A DNA stretch of 64,000 nucleotides from Octopus sinensis (GCF_006345805.1 NC_043000.1:154380001-154444000); one strand, 5' to 3'; positions 35,186 to 48,977 are shown, numbered from the stretch's first letter. Notes: generated by a model from the sequence alone, not told the origin. Numbers and translations: made by a program.

Positions 35186-36367
35186 TACGTCGCTCACTTC
35201 GAAGGTCTCACTGCTGGACGAAGACTGAAGATATGGATATGGATGGGGTTAAAGGAAAAAATCACTCAGCACTACCAAGAGAATCAAGAAGAGAAGGTTG
35301 CACTCGCATGTTTCGGCTACAACGGAAGCTGTACAAGAGTTTTCATACTTTTCTCCCAGCGTTCCTCTTCGTCATGTCCAGTACTGCTGACGTACTCCGT
35401 GTGAAAAATATGGTGTAAAATAGTTGGATATTATTGAGCAGACAATAGCTATATATTAGTTATTATTAATTTAATATAATTTAAATGACTCAAATGCCAC
35501 CGTTATCGATTTTGCCTTCAGCCTTGTTCTCTCGCCTCGAAAATTTCTGGACTTGTACCTTTGTAAGAAATCAGTTTCATTTAATTTCACGTTATATTTT
35601 CAATTAGACGAGAAAGCTTGTTTTTTTCTTGCAAGTAACTCAATTCTTAGCATAATTTCAAAGAGCCACATCCACACATTGCGAATTGATTCTTACACGA
35701 ATTTTGACTTTGGTTATAAACATTATGAATAACCTTTATTCATAACAATAAGTGAACGGAACCAACAGACGGATCTCCACTATTTTCTAGATACATGACT
35801 CGCGTTTACTTGGTTACGATTACTTTAAAATTCCAGTGTTTTTATGAGTCTCGCGTAGGCTAGTAATTTCTCTTGCGTATGTTGCTTTGAGAACCTCTGT
35901 TCTACATCAAAGATCGGTCATCAAAAGATTCACACATAAAGATGGACAACAATAAGCCAAGTATGTATGTTTGTTTTGTTTAACTCCAGGCAATCCCTGA
36001 CCAAGCATGTCTGATTAAAGCATTCCAGCTGTAACTACCTGCTTTTGGAGGTAGGGAATTTTAGAAGTATATTATTCAATATATCCTTTTATTTTAAGAT
36101 AGTAAGGTGTGCTTTAAGGGAGGCTTGTCTACTATTTCTAAAAGATTTAGAAACCATGGAGAGGCTCACTCTCTAACTCGTGTGTTCGTATGACCATGTT
36201 CGTGGAACACCACTGAAGACACAATGAATAGATTTTACTTTATACGCAACTGTAGGACATTTGTCCTTTAAACATCTGTACTAAACTCATCAGTTATATT
36301 CTCTTAAGTCACTGAACTCTGTTTCCATGAAATATATTTACAGCTTGATAAGTTGATCTAGTGGTTT

Positions 36368-36780
36368 GGAGCTGACAGAAACGTTAGCACGCTGGGCGAA
36401 ATGCGTAGCCGTATTTCGTCTGCCGTTAAGTCCTGAGTTCAAATACCGCCGAGGTCGATTTTGCCTTACATCCTTTCGGGGTCGATAAACTAAGTACCAG
36501 TTATGCACTGGGGTCGATATAATCGACTTAATCCGTTTGTCTGTCCTTGTTTGTCCCCTCTGTGTTTAGTCCCTTGTGGGTAGTAAAGAAATAGGTATTT
36601 CATCTGCCGCTACGTTCTGAGTTCAAATTTCGCCGAGGTCGACTTTGCCTTTCATCCTTTCGAGGTCGATTAAATAAGTACCAGTTACGCACTGGGGTCG
36701 ATGTAATCGACTCAATCCGTTTGTCTGTCCTTGTTTGTCCTCTCTGTGTTTATCCCCTTGTGCGTGGTAAAGAAATAGGT
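36368..36780 (+). mobile_element. SINE family B dimer
   Basis: Junction aaagaaataggtatttcatc. Confidence 0.9.
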
Positions 36781-37767
36781 TTGTAGAGTAATAACGTGCA
36801 GAACTATCGGAAGATAGCGAATAAATCCGGTTACTGCTCAGTTCAGGAAGTTACTACAGAAATTAAGGAACCCATAGAGAACCCAACGGCGTAGTAAGGG
36901 TTCGCAAAGCAGGCGTCAAAGGCAGTTTTGGCGCCTTTATCTTAATTATCAAGCATAATAAGCAAAACAAAATTTCGCGGCTCTTTATACTTATGCCCGA
37001 GGAAAGTACTCCTCTTCTGTACCCACACCCCACCGTCTACTACGTCTCTGAGGAGAACCCTAAAGTGGTCGATAGACTTGCTAGAAATCACACTTATATG
37101 TCACTCGAAAGAATCTTTTTCGCCTTTTAGAAGGAAGTTACAGTGAATTATGTAGCCTTAGATATACTCTCAGGAAATCTGTGTATCACGTACAACAACA
37201 ACAACAACACTTTTAGGGATTAATTAAACAATCTCTACGTTTCATTAGTTTCTTCTATTTCCTCTAACAAAATCTTCAGTTTTCTTTTTCGCTCTACCTG
37301 TCCCAAGCGTTATTAATTTTTGTTCTTATAATTACTCCCTCCCCTGTATTCATCGCCAGTCCTTATCTAAACAACACCCCTGCAGTTTTAATTCATAAAC
37401 CATATTGGAGGGTTGCGTTATTCATCCATGAATAGCAGTTCCTGAATTTAGAAAACATATTGAGGGGCGATCTATGTCGGTCTTCTATGATTAGCTCCTC
37501 TAAACTCTTTTTGTAACCAACTTCTTAATAACAAGCACCGCTGGATGATTCAGGTATTTTCGACTTCTTTATTTACTTATTTTTTTTAATTATCCACCCC
37601 CATCCACAACTGGTTAGCTTGCTTGGTTCACACATTAAAATCCTTGATTTCTTGATTTCAAAATAAATTTCCACTGCTCAAAGAAGCTAATTTTTCAAAC
37701 ATAAGTGTTTCTTAAGATTATTTTTTTAAACACACACACACACACACGGTAATTATTTTCAAGAGTG

Positions 37768-38700
37768 AGGGCGCTTGGTCTAGTGTTAAGAGTGTGAGGG
37801 TGTACCAAACTCGATCGCGAGATTGTGGTTTCGATTCCTGAACCGCGCGGTGCGTTGTGCTCTTCAGCAAAACACATCATCTCACTTTGCTCTGCGACCA
37901 CTTCGATACCTGATGCATGGTACACCGTGTACCTTTATTAAGGCGGTGAGCTGGCAGAAACGTTAGCGCGCCGGGCGAAATGCCTAGCGGTATTTCGTCT
38001 GCCGTTACGTTCTGAGTTCAAATTCCGCCGAGGTCGACTTTTCCTTTCAGCCTTTCGGGGTCGATAAATTAAGTACCAGTTACGCACTAGGGTTAATGTA
38101 ATCGACTTAATCCCTTTGTCTGTCCTTGTTTGTGCCCTCTATGTTTAGTCCCTTGTGGGCAATAAAGAAATAAGGAGCGTTAAGCACACCAGGCGAAATG
38201 CTTTGTGATATTTCGTCCGCCGCTGCGTTCTGAGTTCAAATTCCGCCGAGGTCGACTTTGCCTTTCATCCTTTCGGGGTCGATAAATTAAGTACCAGTTA
38301 CGCACTAGGGTTAATGTAATCGACTTAATCCTTTTGTCTGTCCTTGTTTGTGCCCTCTATGTTTAGCCCCTTGTGGGCAATAAAGAAATAAGAAGCGTTA
38401 GTACGACGGACGAAATGCTGAGCGGTATTTCGTGCCTTTACGTTCTGAGTTCAAATTCCGCCGAGATCGACTATGCTTTTCATCTTTCCGAGGTCGATAA
38501 ATTAAGTACCAGTTGCGTACTGGGGTCAATTTAATCGATTGGCCCTCTCACCCCAAATTTCGAGCCTTGTGCCTAGAGTAGAAAAGAATTAACACCGTGT
38601 ACCGTTGCACGCAATATCGATTTGATGAGGGGAGTTAGCTAATGTACAGCACATACATTTGATGACTATAAACAGATCATTTGTACAAGTTGATCATCAA
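37768..38700 (+). mobile_element. older tRNA-derived SINE split by a SINE family B trimer
   Basis: Head with gtttcgattcc B box at ~37830; resumes at 38592; 12-bp TSD acaccgtgtacc at 37922-37933 and 38592-38603. Confidence 0.7.
37934..38591 (+). mobile_element. SINE family B trimer
   Basis: Three central domains between the TSD copies. Confidence 0.92.
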
Positions 38701-38764
38701 GAAATTACAGAAACGTCTTTCTCGGACTGCGAGAGAGTCCCATCATCATTATTTTAAATCAACT

Positions 38765-38945
38765 TAAGACGGTGGACTAGCAGAATCGTTAGTATGCCGG
38801 ACAAATACTTAGCGGTATTTCGTCCGTCTTAACGTTCTGAGTTCAAATTCCGCTGGTGTTGATGGAATAGATACCATTTGAACACTGGCGTCAATGTAAC
38901 CGATTCACCCACTTCCCAAAATTTCAGGCTTTGTGCCTATTGCAG
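38765..38945 (+). mobile_element. SINE family B, internally deleted
   Basis: Head plus tail 2. Confidence 0.72.
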
Positions 38946-39207
38946 AAAAGTTTTATTTTAAAAGAATAAATGAGTATGTAATGATAATGAGACCCAATAC
39001 TAAGATACTCAAATTTATCATACAATTAGTTTATAACGTTATCTAAAATTTCGTTATCTTCATTTTATTTAAGATAGATGTCGTTCTCTTCTTCACAAGT
39101 AAATAGAGTGTTTTGAATAGTTGTTATCTGCCTTAGGTTAACTCTTGTCAGGTAGACCAATAGTGAAAGGTATTACCGTTGTGAGAATCTTATCATTTTA
39201 GATAACA

Positions 39208-39600
39208 CTAACAGTATCGTCCGGCGTTGCTCTGGTATGTAAGGGAAATAACTATATAAGCATTTTTAGAGATGTAAAGTATAATAGCCATCTCAATATG
39301 GTTAACCACAAAGAGGGGGTGTTACTGTAGCTTTTTACGTTCTGAGATTTAATAATAAATTTTTAGAGAGTTACTTCCCTTATATATGCCCAAAATGCAT
39401 TAAAAATGGGAAAAATTGATGGTAAATTTTTTAAAAAATCGTAGACTCATCGTAGACGCGTGCTAATACCCAGACGGTCTCGATATGAATCACGACTATA
39501 AGATACCCGGTTTTGGTTAAACTGCACTGCAAAATGTGGGAGTAGTTAGGAATCTAAATCGTAGGAGACAGACACACAACCTCACTTTTATATATAAAGA
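39208..39600 (-). mobile_element. non-autonomous Helitron
   Basis: Reverse-complement homolog of 55773-56172. Confidence 0.88.
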
Positions 39601-39842
39601 TTATTCAAAATATCTTTCACATTTTTTTAAAGACAGTGATATGTTATTTAAGGGGTATATGCTTGCTATTTCAAGCAGTTTGTGATCATGCCGTCAGCAG
39701 TCTAAATGTTTAGTTTTTGAAGCAATATACTATTTAGACATAGGTACCGCGATGTTGTTTTATGGGCGAGGAGTTGGGGTAATGAATATTAGTGCTGACG
39801 TACAGTGAAGATGGTTAAAATATTTTCATGTGTTTAATTTGG

Positions 39843-40090
39843 TAATTCTCAACTGAGGTTCATATGACCCTTGAGGGTCCACATAAGATTTTATTGCCAA
39901 AATGTATGTGTAATAAACTGGTTATATTTCTTCAATGCACAAAATATTTTAACAATTTGTAAATACAATTCCTAATAATATTTGGTTATAAAAATATTTA
40001 AGCATCGAACAGCTATGAAGGTCCAGTGGAGTGAAATAGCAATCAAAGGGGTCCATAGGCAAAAAAAAAAAAAATGGTTGAGAATACTTA
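39843..40090. mobile_element. degraded hAT-type MITE
   Basis: gtaattctcaactgaggttcatatgaccc ... ggggtccatagg...ggttgagaatac imperfect TIRs. Confidence 0.55.
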
Positions 40091-40660
40091 AATGTTTATC
40101 AATATTCTTTTCTACTCTAGGCACAAGGCTCGACATTTTGGGGAGGGAGCTAGTCGATTAGATCGACCCCAGTAGGCAACTGATACTTAATTTATCGACC
40201 CCGAAAGGATGAAAGGCAGAGTCGATCTCGGCGGAATTTGAACTCAGAACGTAGCGGCAGACGAAATACCTATTTCTTTACAACCCACAAGGGGATAAAC
40301 ACAGAGAGGACAAACAAAGACAGACAAAGGGATTAAGTCGTTTATATCGACCCCAGTTCGTAACTGGTACTTATTTAATCGACTCCGAAAGGATGAAAGG
40401 CAAAGTCGACCTCGGCGGAATTTGAACTCAGAACGTAGCGGCTGACGAAATACTTATTTCTTTACTACCCACAAGGGGCTAAAGGCTAAACACAGAGAGG
40501 ACAAACAAGGACAGACAAACGGATTAAGTCGATTACATCAACCCCAGTGCGTAACTGGTACTTATTTAATCGACCCCGAAAAGATGAAAGGCAAAGTCGA
40601 CCTCGGTAAAATTTGAACTCAGAACGTAAAGACAGATGAAATACCGCTCAGCATTTCGCT
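40090..40660 (-). mobile_element. SINE family B trimer
   Basis: Three central domains; junction gacgaaatacctatttcttt. Confidence 0.92.
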
Positions 40661-40664
40661 GACT

Positions 40665-42590
40665 GAGATATTGTCCAAAGAAGAAATCAAACATTTTCCT
40701 TTGAGTCTAGCATCTAGTTTAACGAACCTGAAAATCAGTATCCAATTGTAACATACACATTCTAACCAAAACTCAGGTAGAATCGAATACTTATCAAGAA
40801 TTCGTTGAAAGCGAGCAGTGCATACTGCCTAGCTGGTTGCACTCAAAGACGACAAGGCATACATTTTTTCAGTTAATCAAGTAAATTCTCCTTTTGTAAC
40901 TACTTAATTAAGATAACAATCTCTCTACAATCATTCATCAAGTCAGACAGTATTTTGTGTTGTAGTTTTCGTTACACGCTGACTTAAAGAAGTTACTTGA
41001 TAATATGTTGCCAAAGCCTTCGGTTGAAGTTGTTCCAAAAGCTTTGTCAAAGTATACTCATCTACAGTTGCATAAATATAGTTGCAGTCCCATGTGTACT
41101 TCTATGATAACTGAAAATCTTGCTGAAGATTTTGTATTTGGCATGCAGTAATTCTTAATTGACCGCCAACCATCTGACGACGTAACGTAGGTATAATTAA
41201 TCTTCGTTCTTCGTTGTTTGATTCGGTATACTCTTTTACTCTCTTTTACTTGTTTCAGTCATTTGACTGCGGCCATGCTGGAGCACCGCCTTTAGTCGAG
41301 CAACTCCACCCCGGGACTTATTCTTTGTAAGCCCAGTACTTATTCTATCGGTCTCTAAACACACCAGCATCGGTTGTCAAGCAATGCTAGGGCGACAAAC
41401 ACCCACACACAACCCCCCCCCACATATATATATATATATATATACATATATACGACAGGCTTCTTTCAGTTTCCGTCTACCAAATCCACTCACAAGGCAT
41501 TGGTCGGCCCGGGGCTATAGCAGAAGACACTTGCCCAAGATGCCACGCAGTGGGACTGAACCCGGAACCATGTGGTTAGTTAGCAAGCTACTTACCACAC
41601 ATATTCACTAACAATAATTAAAAACTGTGCGCTTTCTTTACTAAGTTAATTTTTCGCAACAAAATCAGCCAGTCTGTTTGATCAGGGCTGATGGGGCTAA
41701 ACAAAGACAGCTTCAGGAGGAATGAGCTCTGTTTGCCTATTTTGTTCTGCACTGATGGTTCTCAAGAATTTGTGTTACACTGGAAATCAAGAAAAAAATT
41801 ACTGATACACCATCATATGGAACTCATCTTGTATATTGTGGCCCAGATATTTATCAGTAACAGCATTGCTGATCTACTTTAGAAGAATATAATCATCTTT
41901 CTCTCACAGCATTTTTCAACATTTCACTATCGGCGAAAAAAACATAAGCTCTCAATTTTTATTCTGCATTTACGAATCATTTGCACAGGTTTTCTTGTAG
42001 TTTCATTCAACAGGTTTTTAATGCTATTACATTTAGAAATAAACACTCCAGATTCATTAACGGCACAATGACACTTAGAGTACACTTCCCTCAAAGCGCT
42101 GACGAGTTTTTCCCATTTTCCAAATTTTTCTGTTAAAAACACGTTCTCTTTTCCTTTAATACAGTGCTGTTTTGAATTTTCATTATACTTTGCACAGAAA
42201 AAACAAAACAAAACAACAACAACAACAACAAACAAAAAGCGATATACACGATCGTAGGTTTCATCATAATGAATGAAATAAAAAGTAGTCAGCCAAATTA
42301 ATAGAAAAGAATGTTTTTGGTTGCCAAATGTTCGCTTGGGAAAATTCAAATTCATCAATTGAATGAGATGAGTAATAGTAATAAACCTGGGGCGGTTTCG
42401 TTGGTTGATTGATATGATGAAGTGGAAATTACTGCAACAGAAATAATTTTACTAGGAGTTTCTGGTTGTAACAGTGTGGAGCGGTTTGTTGCTGATGACC
42501 AGGAATCATTATGATTTGAGATTTTTGCTGGAAAATGTTGCATCGTTTGTTGCTTGTCATCGCTGGTTGCAAAACCATCCAATATTCTTA
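40665..42590 (-). pseudogene. decayed hAT transposase of the TTF-zinc-finger/DUF4371 (ZMYM1-like) type, split by a SINE
   Basis: FPKRTFGNQKHSFLLIWL..IHYDETYDRV..FCFFCAK (TTF-like finger); KYLGHNIQDEF; YLRYV; SATS*AVCTARFQRILDKYSILPEFWLEC; TQRKMFDFFFG. Confidence 0.8.
41228..41600 (-). mobile_element. SINE family A, internally deleted
   Basis: Homology to other copies. Confidence 0.88.
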
Positions 42591-42627
42591 TTCAACTCAG
42601 TCTTTGAAATAAAAAAAAACGCTTTCT

Positions 42628-42805
42628 CCGCACAGGCGTGGCTGTGTCGTAAGATGTTTTGCTTTCAAACCACATGGTTCAGGGTTCAGTCTCACTCACC
42701 GCGTGATACCTTGGGCAAGTGTTTTCTACAATAGCCCAGGGCCGACAAAAGCCTTGTGAATGGATCTGGTAGTCGGTAACTGAAAGAAGCCTGTCGTATA
42801 TATAC
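42628..42805 (+). mobile_element. SINE family A, 5' half ending at the internal (TA)n
   Basis: Homology to other copies. Confidence 0.85.
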
Positions 42806-42813
42806 ATCTTCTT

Positions 42814-42844
<31 letters not shown>

Positions 42845-43495
42845 GGCTTAGGGTCAAATAACTAATAACCTGATGTTAGAAGTCAATATATTAATGCTGC
42901 AGAACAAAGTATCAGTGAAGTACAGAGCAGTTATAAGAAATTAAGATGACAAGGAAATAAAAAAAATGTCAAGAACTTCATTTGCTTACACCTGTTTCTG
43001 TTATAAGATGCAATGCACTCAGAATTGAGTGCTTGTGTATCGCCCTGTAGCTTCATAGGAGCTTCAAAACTGAAGTTGCAATTTCATTTCGGAAAGCGCT
43101 TACATTTATATATATTCACACGGAAAAGCATTACCATCGATAAAAGCATAAACATATGTAGAAAATCAAGTGAGGAGTTTGAGGAGCACAAGATCCTTCC
43201 AGAAAAAGTAGATTAAGATAAAATTTTTTGTATAAATATGTATAAAGATTGGTATATGAAGAACTATGTAAAGAAGTAAAAACAAACATGTAAAAATACA
43301 ATTGGGAGTTGCGGTAGATAGAAAGTAATAGAATCCAAGACAATGAGAGAAAGAGAAAGAGAAAGCGTTATGAGGGTCATAAAGATTTTTCTACTTAAAG
43401 ATCCTAGACAGACTGACAATTAACAATTAACTGGCGGAAGTCGGGGTGCACCGGGGAGACATGTTATAGAGAACAGCGTGCGTTTGTGTGTGTAT

Positions 43496-43497
<2 letters not shown>

Positions 43498-43560
<63 letters not shown>
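43498..43560. repeat. (GA)n microsatellite
   Basis: Direct reading. Confidence 0.97.
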
Positions 43561-43563
<3 letters not shown>

Positions 43564-43944
43564 CCAATATTGACTGATATATATCTTTATATACACAAAA
43601 ACACACATACACACACGGGTATACAAGCATACTTATATTCATGCACAGAAACACCAATCTGTAAATAAAATACATTTATATACACATATAGACATAGATA
43701 TCTAAAATAAACTTATATATTTACTTACACAGACGCACATATACACACAAAGGCATATATATAGATATACATACAGATATGTATATAATGAAGAAAAAAA
43801 ACCTCTATTGAGTAATTCAATTACTAGTGAAAGATATTATCTATATTAAATCACATAGAAAGAATTTAAATATATTATAATAAATATTGTTCTAAAAATC
43901 ACTAAATTAAATAAACAATATATATACAGATGTATACAGATATA

Positions 43945-44016
<72 letters not shown>

Positions 44017-44327
44017 CACAAATACATACAGATGTACATGCCTATGTATACACGGATATATACAAATAATATTATGTACGTACATGTGTATACGCACACA
44101 CACATACACATATGCACACATACATACATGCATGTATGCATATGTACTCGCGCGTACATGCAAGCATATAAAAGGCGACCCAAAATTATGTTCACGAACA
44201 CATGTAGGCTCTGCCCTCAAACTCCCTATTTCATTTACTACATGTGTTTATACTTCTTTTCGATAGTAATGCTTTTCGGTGTGTGTGTGTGTGTGTGTAT
44301 AATGTCAATGCTTTTCACATGGATCAG

Positions 44328-44625
44328 TGGTTAGTGTCGTCTCACAATCATGAGGTAGTGAGTGAGTTCGATTCTTAGCCTGAGCTACATGTGTTCTTGA
44401 GCAAGACACTTTATTTCATGTTGCTCCACTTCACTCAGCTGTAGAAATGAGTTGTGACATCACTGGTGCCAAGCTGCATTGGCCTTTGCCTTTCCTTTGG
44501 ATAACATCGGTGACGTAGAGAAGAGAGACTGCTGGCCTTCCATAAATAACCCACTTGTGCTTTTCTAGGGAATCTTCCTCGATGCATCACATGGTCATTC
44601 ATGACCGAAGGGGGTCTTTACCTTT
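44328..44625 (+). mobile_element. older CORE-like tRNA SINE
   Basis: cagtggttag A box, gagttcgattc B box, gtgttcttgagcaagacactttatttca CORE-like segment. Confidence 0.7.
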
Positions 44626-44819
44626 TTATCCAAATGTTTTCCGAAATAAAATCGTACTTCATGTTTGATGCTCTGATGAAGCTATCGGATGTTCTACAAG
44701 CATTCACCAATGAGTGCATTGCACCTTATAGCAGAAATAGGCGTAAGCTAATGAAGTTCAAGACAATTTTCTATTCCATTGTCATTTTAGTTTCTTGTGT
44801 GTGTGTGCGTGTTCTTTTC

Positions 44820-45010
44820 TTTTATTCTTTTACTTGATTCAGTCATTTGACTGCGGCCATGCTGGAGCACCACCTTACAGTGTGTTAATCGACCCCAGAA
44901 CTTATTCTTTGTAAGCCTAGTACTTATTGTATCGGATCTTTTTTATCAAGCTGCTAAGTTACGGGGACATAAACACAGACACACACCACACACACAAATA
45001 TATATATATA
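44820..45010 (-). mobile_element. SINE family A, 3' half
   Basis: Homology to other copies. Confidence 0.85.
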
Positions 45011-45017
45011 TTCGTAA

Positions 45018-45535
45018 GGAATGCGGACGTTAGGATTGCAGGAACTGGCCTATACGACAGACCAACAACATCAGTAATGTCGTTGATTGTCCTCCAACGA
45101 TCCTCGTGCACTAGCTGATGAAATTTCCTCACATTTCCAGGGGTGACGCTCGGGGCAGGTTTTCCATGTTGCTCATCGTCTCTCAGGGATGCTCTTCCGC
45201 TTTTGAAGCGCCCGTGTCACTCGAAACATTGCGTATGACCCATTGTCTCGTCGCCGAAAGCTTGCCGAAGCGTGCTGAATGTCTCTGTTGTAGACTTCAC
45301 AAGTTTAACGCAAAATTTCACGTTGACTCATTTGTTCCAACTTCCTGTCCATGACAAAAATCGCAGACTACAGCATACACGGGATCAAGTTTCACAACTT
45401 TCGAAGTAAACACAGCGATATCACTCAGCACACTGCCTTATGAAGGTCACTTCTAGTTCTCACTGTACACGCAACCGTACGCTGCCATCTGTTGGCGCGC
45501 TATAAGAACTAGTCCAGGAACTTTCTGATACCATC
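45018..45535 (-). pseudogene. mariner transposase 5' half (HTH region)
   Basis: VNVKFCVKLVKSTTETFSTLRQAFGDETMGHTQCFE*HGRFKSGRASLRDDEQHGKPAPSVTPGNVRKFHQLVHEDRWRTINDI. Confidence 0.88.
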
Positions 45536-45982
45536 CAGCACTGAATGTTGTTTGTAAACGCATTGAAAAATTGTTGTAATTCAAATTTTTGAGAAGTTAG
45601 ATTTCTCATTTCCTTTCAGTCTGATGTGTCATGTTAAAGCTTTTACAGGTTACTCTTGAACTTGGAATGTTTTCAGAATTCTGATCGCAACCTGTTTATT
45701 TTCACACGTGATTATATTATGCTGTTATTATCAATTCCCCACATGAGCTATTTTAAATCATGGAAACATTTGCTATCTATAAGGAAATCATTCAGGCATG
45801 AAAGATTTAATTGGTAAACTAAAAGAAATAGCAATTCTCATTAGAAATAAAATGAACGATTTATTAAACAAACTACCTGCTTGGTAATACAATTTATAAA
45901 ATAAATTTCCTGTTTAGTAAAACATAGAATCCGAGAAAATTAGTGACGTTGTGCGTCAGGAAAACAGAAAAAAGAAGTGTTA

Positions 45983-45984
<2 letters not shown>

Positions 45985-46050
<66 letters not shown>
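45985..46050. repeat. (GA)n microsatellite
   Basis: Direct reading. Confidence 0.97.
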
Positions 46051-46084
46051 TGTTAAGTCAGAAGTGCAAGGGGTGAATTGTCTA

Positions 46085-47371
46085 TAAAATCTAGCGAATG
46101 TTCTTTTAGACAGTTCACCGAGCCACCTAGCAAACTTAGATGACCTGTCAGATGATGTGATAGTAGAATGTATGTCACCAAGAATACTAACTTCTTTGCA
46201 GCCAATGGATCACGGTGTGACAGCTAACTTCTAGGCATATGAGAACTTTCAAACCATTTATGAAAGCAAGTGACAAGGAGAATAAACCTAGCGTTAAAGT
46301 TTTCTGCAAGAAATTCAACATAACGGATGGTGTGGATAATATAGTTGAGTCATGGGATAAAGTGAAACCGTCCACTTTGAATTTTGCTTGGAAAAATACG
46401 CGGCCAGACGGTAATCTGTGACATTACAAATTTTCCTCAGAAAATTCGGAAAGATGTAACACTTGTAAAGGATGTAGAATTTGAAGAAGCCAAAGAGGAT
46501 GACGTTGTTGAGTTGCTAGATTCCCAGAAAAATTGGTTTATCCAACGAGGAGCTGATGTTGGAAAAAGAACAATCTGCAAATACAGATGGGACAACCGAC
46601 GCTCCACCTATGTCCCTTATTTTGGCTTCAAGCATTATTGCTAATGGGCTAGCACTTATAGAGAAAGGAAGGTCTGCAGGTTTTTGCTGATAATGATCCT
46701 AATCGTGAACGTAACATAAAAATTACGAGAGGAATTTACAATGAGATGTACAAAAAAGATGATGCGTCATCAACAATTCAACTTTGGATAGGCTATTCAC
46801 CTCTTAAGCTGATGTTCGTGATAATGAACTATAAGATATTGTCCCGCATCCTTCTAGTAACGTTCATTTCATCCCCACCCCTCACACAGTTGTTACCATA
46901 TTTTGTGGTGATAACACACTCTTACGCTTTTACGATTTTTATTAATTCCCTAACGTATTCCTCTTCAAATATTTTTCGTTTTTTATGTATCTATATTGTA
47001 TTGTGTTTGTTAGAAATTGTTATTTTCATGTATAAAGATGGGATCTTTTCACTTTGACCGGCAGATTTAAAAAATAATTTTTTGTAACTAAACATTTTTA
47101 AACTTCGTATACTGGTAGAATGTGTCACATAAAACATCTTTTTCTCTTGGCGTTCTTGAGAAAATTCTAAAATGAAAAGATCCTAAAGATGATCATATTA
47201 CTTATTCTCTATTGTTTTCGTTTGCTTTTACACTTTTTTTTTATGTATAGGAACGCAGTCTCACTTGATCATATAAAAATCAATAGGAAAATTAATTTCG
47301 CATTACGGAATTTTGCGTTACGGCCAGATTTTTAGGAACGAGCTATTTCTGTAAAGCGAGTGATTCCTGTA
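46085..47371 (+). pseudogene. Tigger1/pogo-like transposase DDE region and right end, decayed
   Basis: LDSSPSHLANLDDL...LQPMDHGVTANF*AY, RTFK...KKFNITDGVDNIVESWDKVKPSTLNFAWK, EDDVVELLDS; right end cgagtgattcctgta. Confidence 0.85.
47041..47183. mobile_element. deleted derivative of the ggatcttttc MITE
   Basis: Both termini present, interior lost. Confidence 0.75.
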
Positions 47372-47504
47372 TATTTTTGTTGCGTATTCTGAATAAAGAA
47401 TATAATTTATTGACAGAACTCATCGGAGGAGGAGAAACAGTTGAAAGTAAAGAATCTGAATCTAAGAAATGTCTAAGAGCTAAAAGCTCTTCATTGTTGA
47501 GGAA

Positions 47505-47675
47505 GGCGTAGGAGTGGCTGTGTGGTAAGTAGCTTGCTTACGAACCACATGGTTCCGGGTTCAGTCCCACTGCGTGGCACCTTGGGCAAATGTCTTCTGC
47601 TATAGCCTCGGGCGGACCAAAGCCTGGTGAGTGGATTTGGTAGACGGAAACTGAAAGAAGCCCGTCGTATATATG

Positions 47676-47708
<33 letters not shown>

Positions 47709-47925
47709 GTATGTGTATATGTTTGTGTATCTGTGTTTGTCCCCCTAGCATTGTTTGACAACCGATGCTGGTGTGCTTACGTCCCCGTAACTTGGCGGTT
47801 CAGCAAAAGAGACCGATAGAATAAGTACTAGGCTTACAAAGAATAAGTCCTGGGGTCGATTTCTCGACTAAAAGGTGGTGCTCCAGCATGGCCGCAGTCA
47901 AAAGACTGAAACAAGTAAAAGAGTA
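47505..47925 (+). mobile_element. SINE family A, full length
   Basis: Homology to other copies. Confidence 0.92.
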
Positions 47926-48049
47926 TGACAAGTGTAGAGGAATTTTACATCTATGATGGATAAGAGTTGTGAGGGTTCAAGACTTAAGTGTATGATTACT
48001 CTGCAGATGTGAAGGAATAAATTTTTTATTTATTTATGCGCCCTTTTCA

Positions 48050-48325
48050 AGCCTAGCCAGGCTCATGGGCCCGGTTTCCCGGTTTCTGTGGCGTATGTGT
48101 TCCCCCCAGTTGGACGGGACGCCAGTCCATCGCAGCGTTACTCAAGAAACAGGAAGAGAGACTGAGAGAAAGTTGGGGCAAAAGAGTACAGAGTGCCGGA
48201 ACATCGTGGAGCTTTATAGGTGTTTTCGCTCAATAAACACACACAACGCCCGGTCTGGGAATCGAAACCGCGATCCTCCGACCGCGAGTCCGCTGCCCTA
48301 ACCACTGGGCCATTGCGCCTCCACG
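48050..48325 (-). mobile_element. SINE family C, full length
   Basis: Minus-strand head gtggaggcgcaatggcccagtggttagggcagcggactcgcggtcggaggatcgcggtttcgattccc. Confidence 0.88.
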
Positions 48326-48977
48326 TGAGGGTAAAATAGCGGCTATCAATGAAATGTAGTTTGTCACCTGTCCGCTTCCTCTCCACTAGCGTTTGCAATG
48401 AACACCAAATGAATGCAAAACAATAAAAGTATTCTTTTTCCCTCACCAACCCTTTCGCAGAGGATAAATATGGCTGGCCACAATAACATATTTATCTTTA
48501 ATTAGTTAATTCTTTTTACCTGTAGGTTCGTCGCTATTGTACGTATTGTACCTATCGTTCACTAATTCATGCAGATTGTTAAACCTAGTTACATATAGAA
48601 TAGTTTTACACGGCACCGCATCATTATACAGTGATTTATTCTAACCAGTATCTTCACATCGGTTATTATGGCCACAACATTTCAATCTCTGTACACTCCG
48701 GCCTTTTTCAGGTGCCTGTTGTACTCGGCGACATTCTTGCAATTTTGAACAGAACCCTTTATTCAAACCACCGAGGTAGAGTGTTCTTATTCCATTCTCC
48801 ACGCCCGTGATTTTCTTAAGGCCAGCGAAAGGGTCTCCCAGCATGTTTCTTGCTTAAGATATTCAAAATAAAAGAGGAAAATGAGAATAAAATAAACACT
48901 TTATTCCTATCTTTAACGAATTGTATCAAATACTTTATTTACATTTACAGGTTTTATTCCTTGAGAAAGTTTTATAT

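Noticed and set aside
36990-37100. ctgaggagaacc...ggtcgatagac hammerhead-like string
   Set aside because: GAUA instead of GAAA, and stems I and III do not form
42355-42582. Ser/Thr-rich ORF as a mucin-like host exon
   Set aside because: Lies directly upstream of the hAT TTF-finger region on the same strand; better explained as the transposase N-terminus
48665-48725. Degenerate hammerhead on the minus strand (CUGAAAA...GAAAUG); similar weak strings at ~27360, ~35320-35385 and ~56370
   Set aside because: Core or stems broken; possibly decayed relatives, but not supportable as ribozymes
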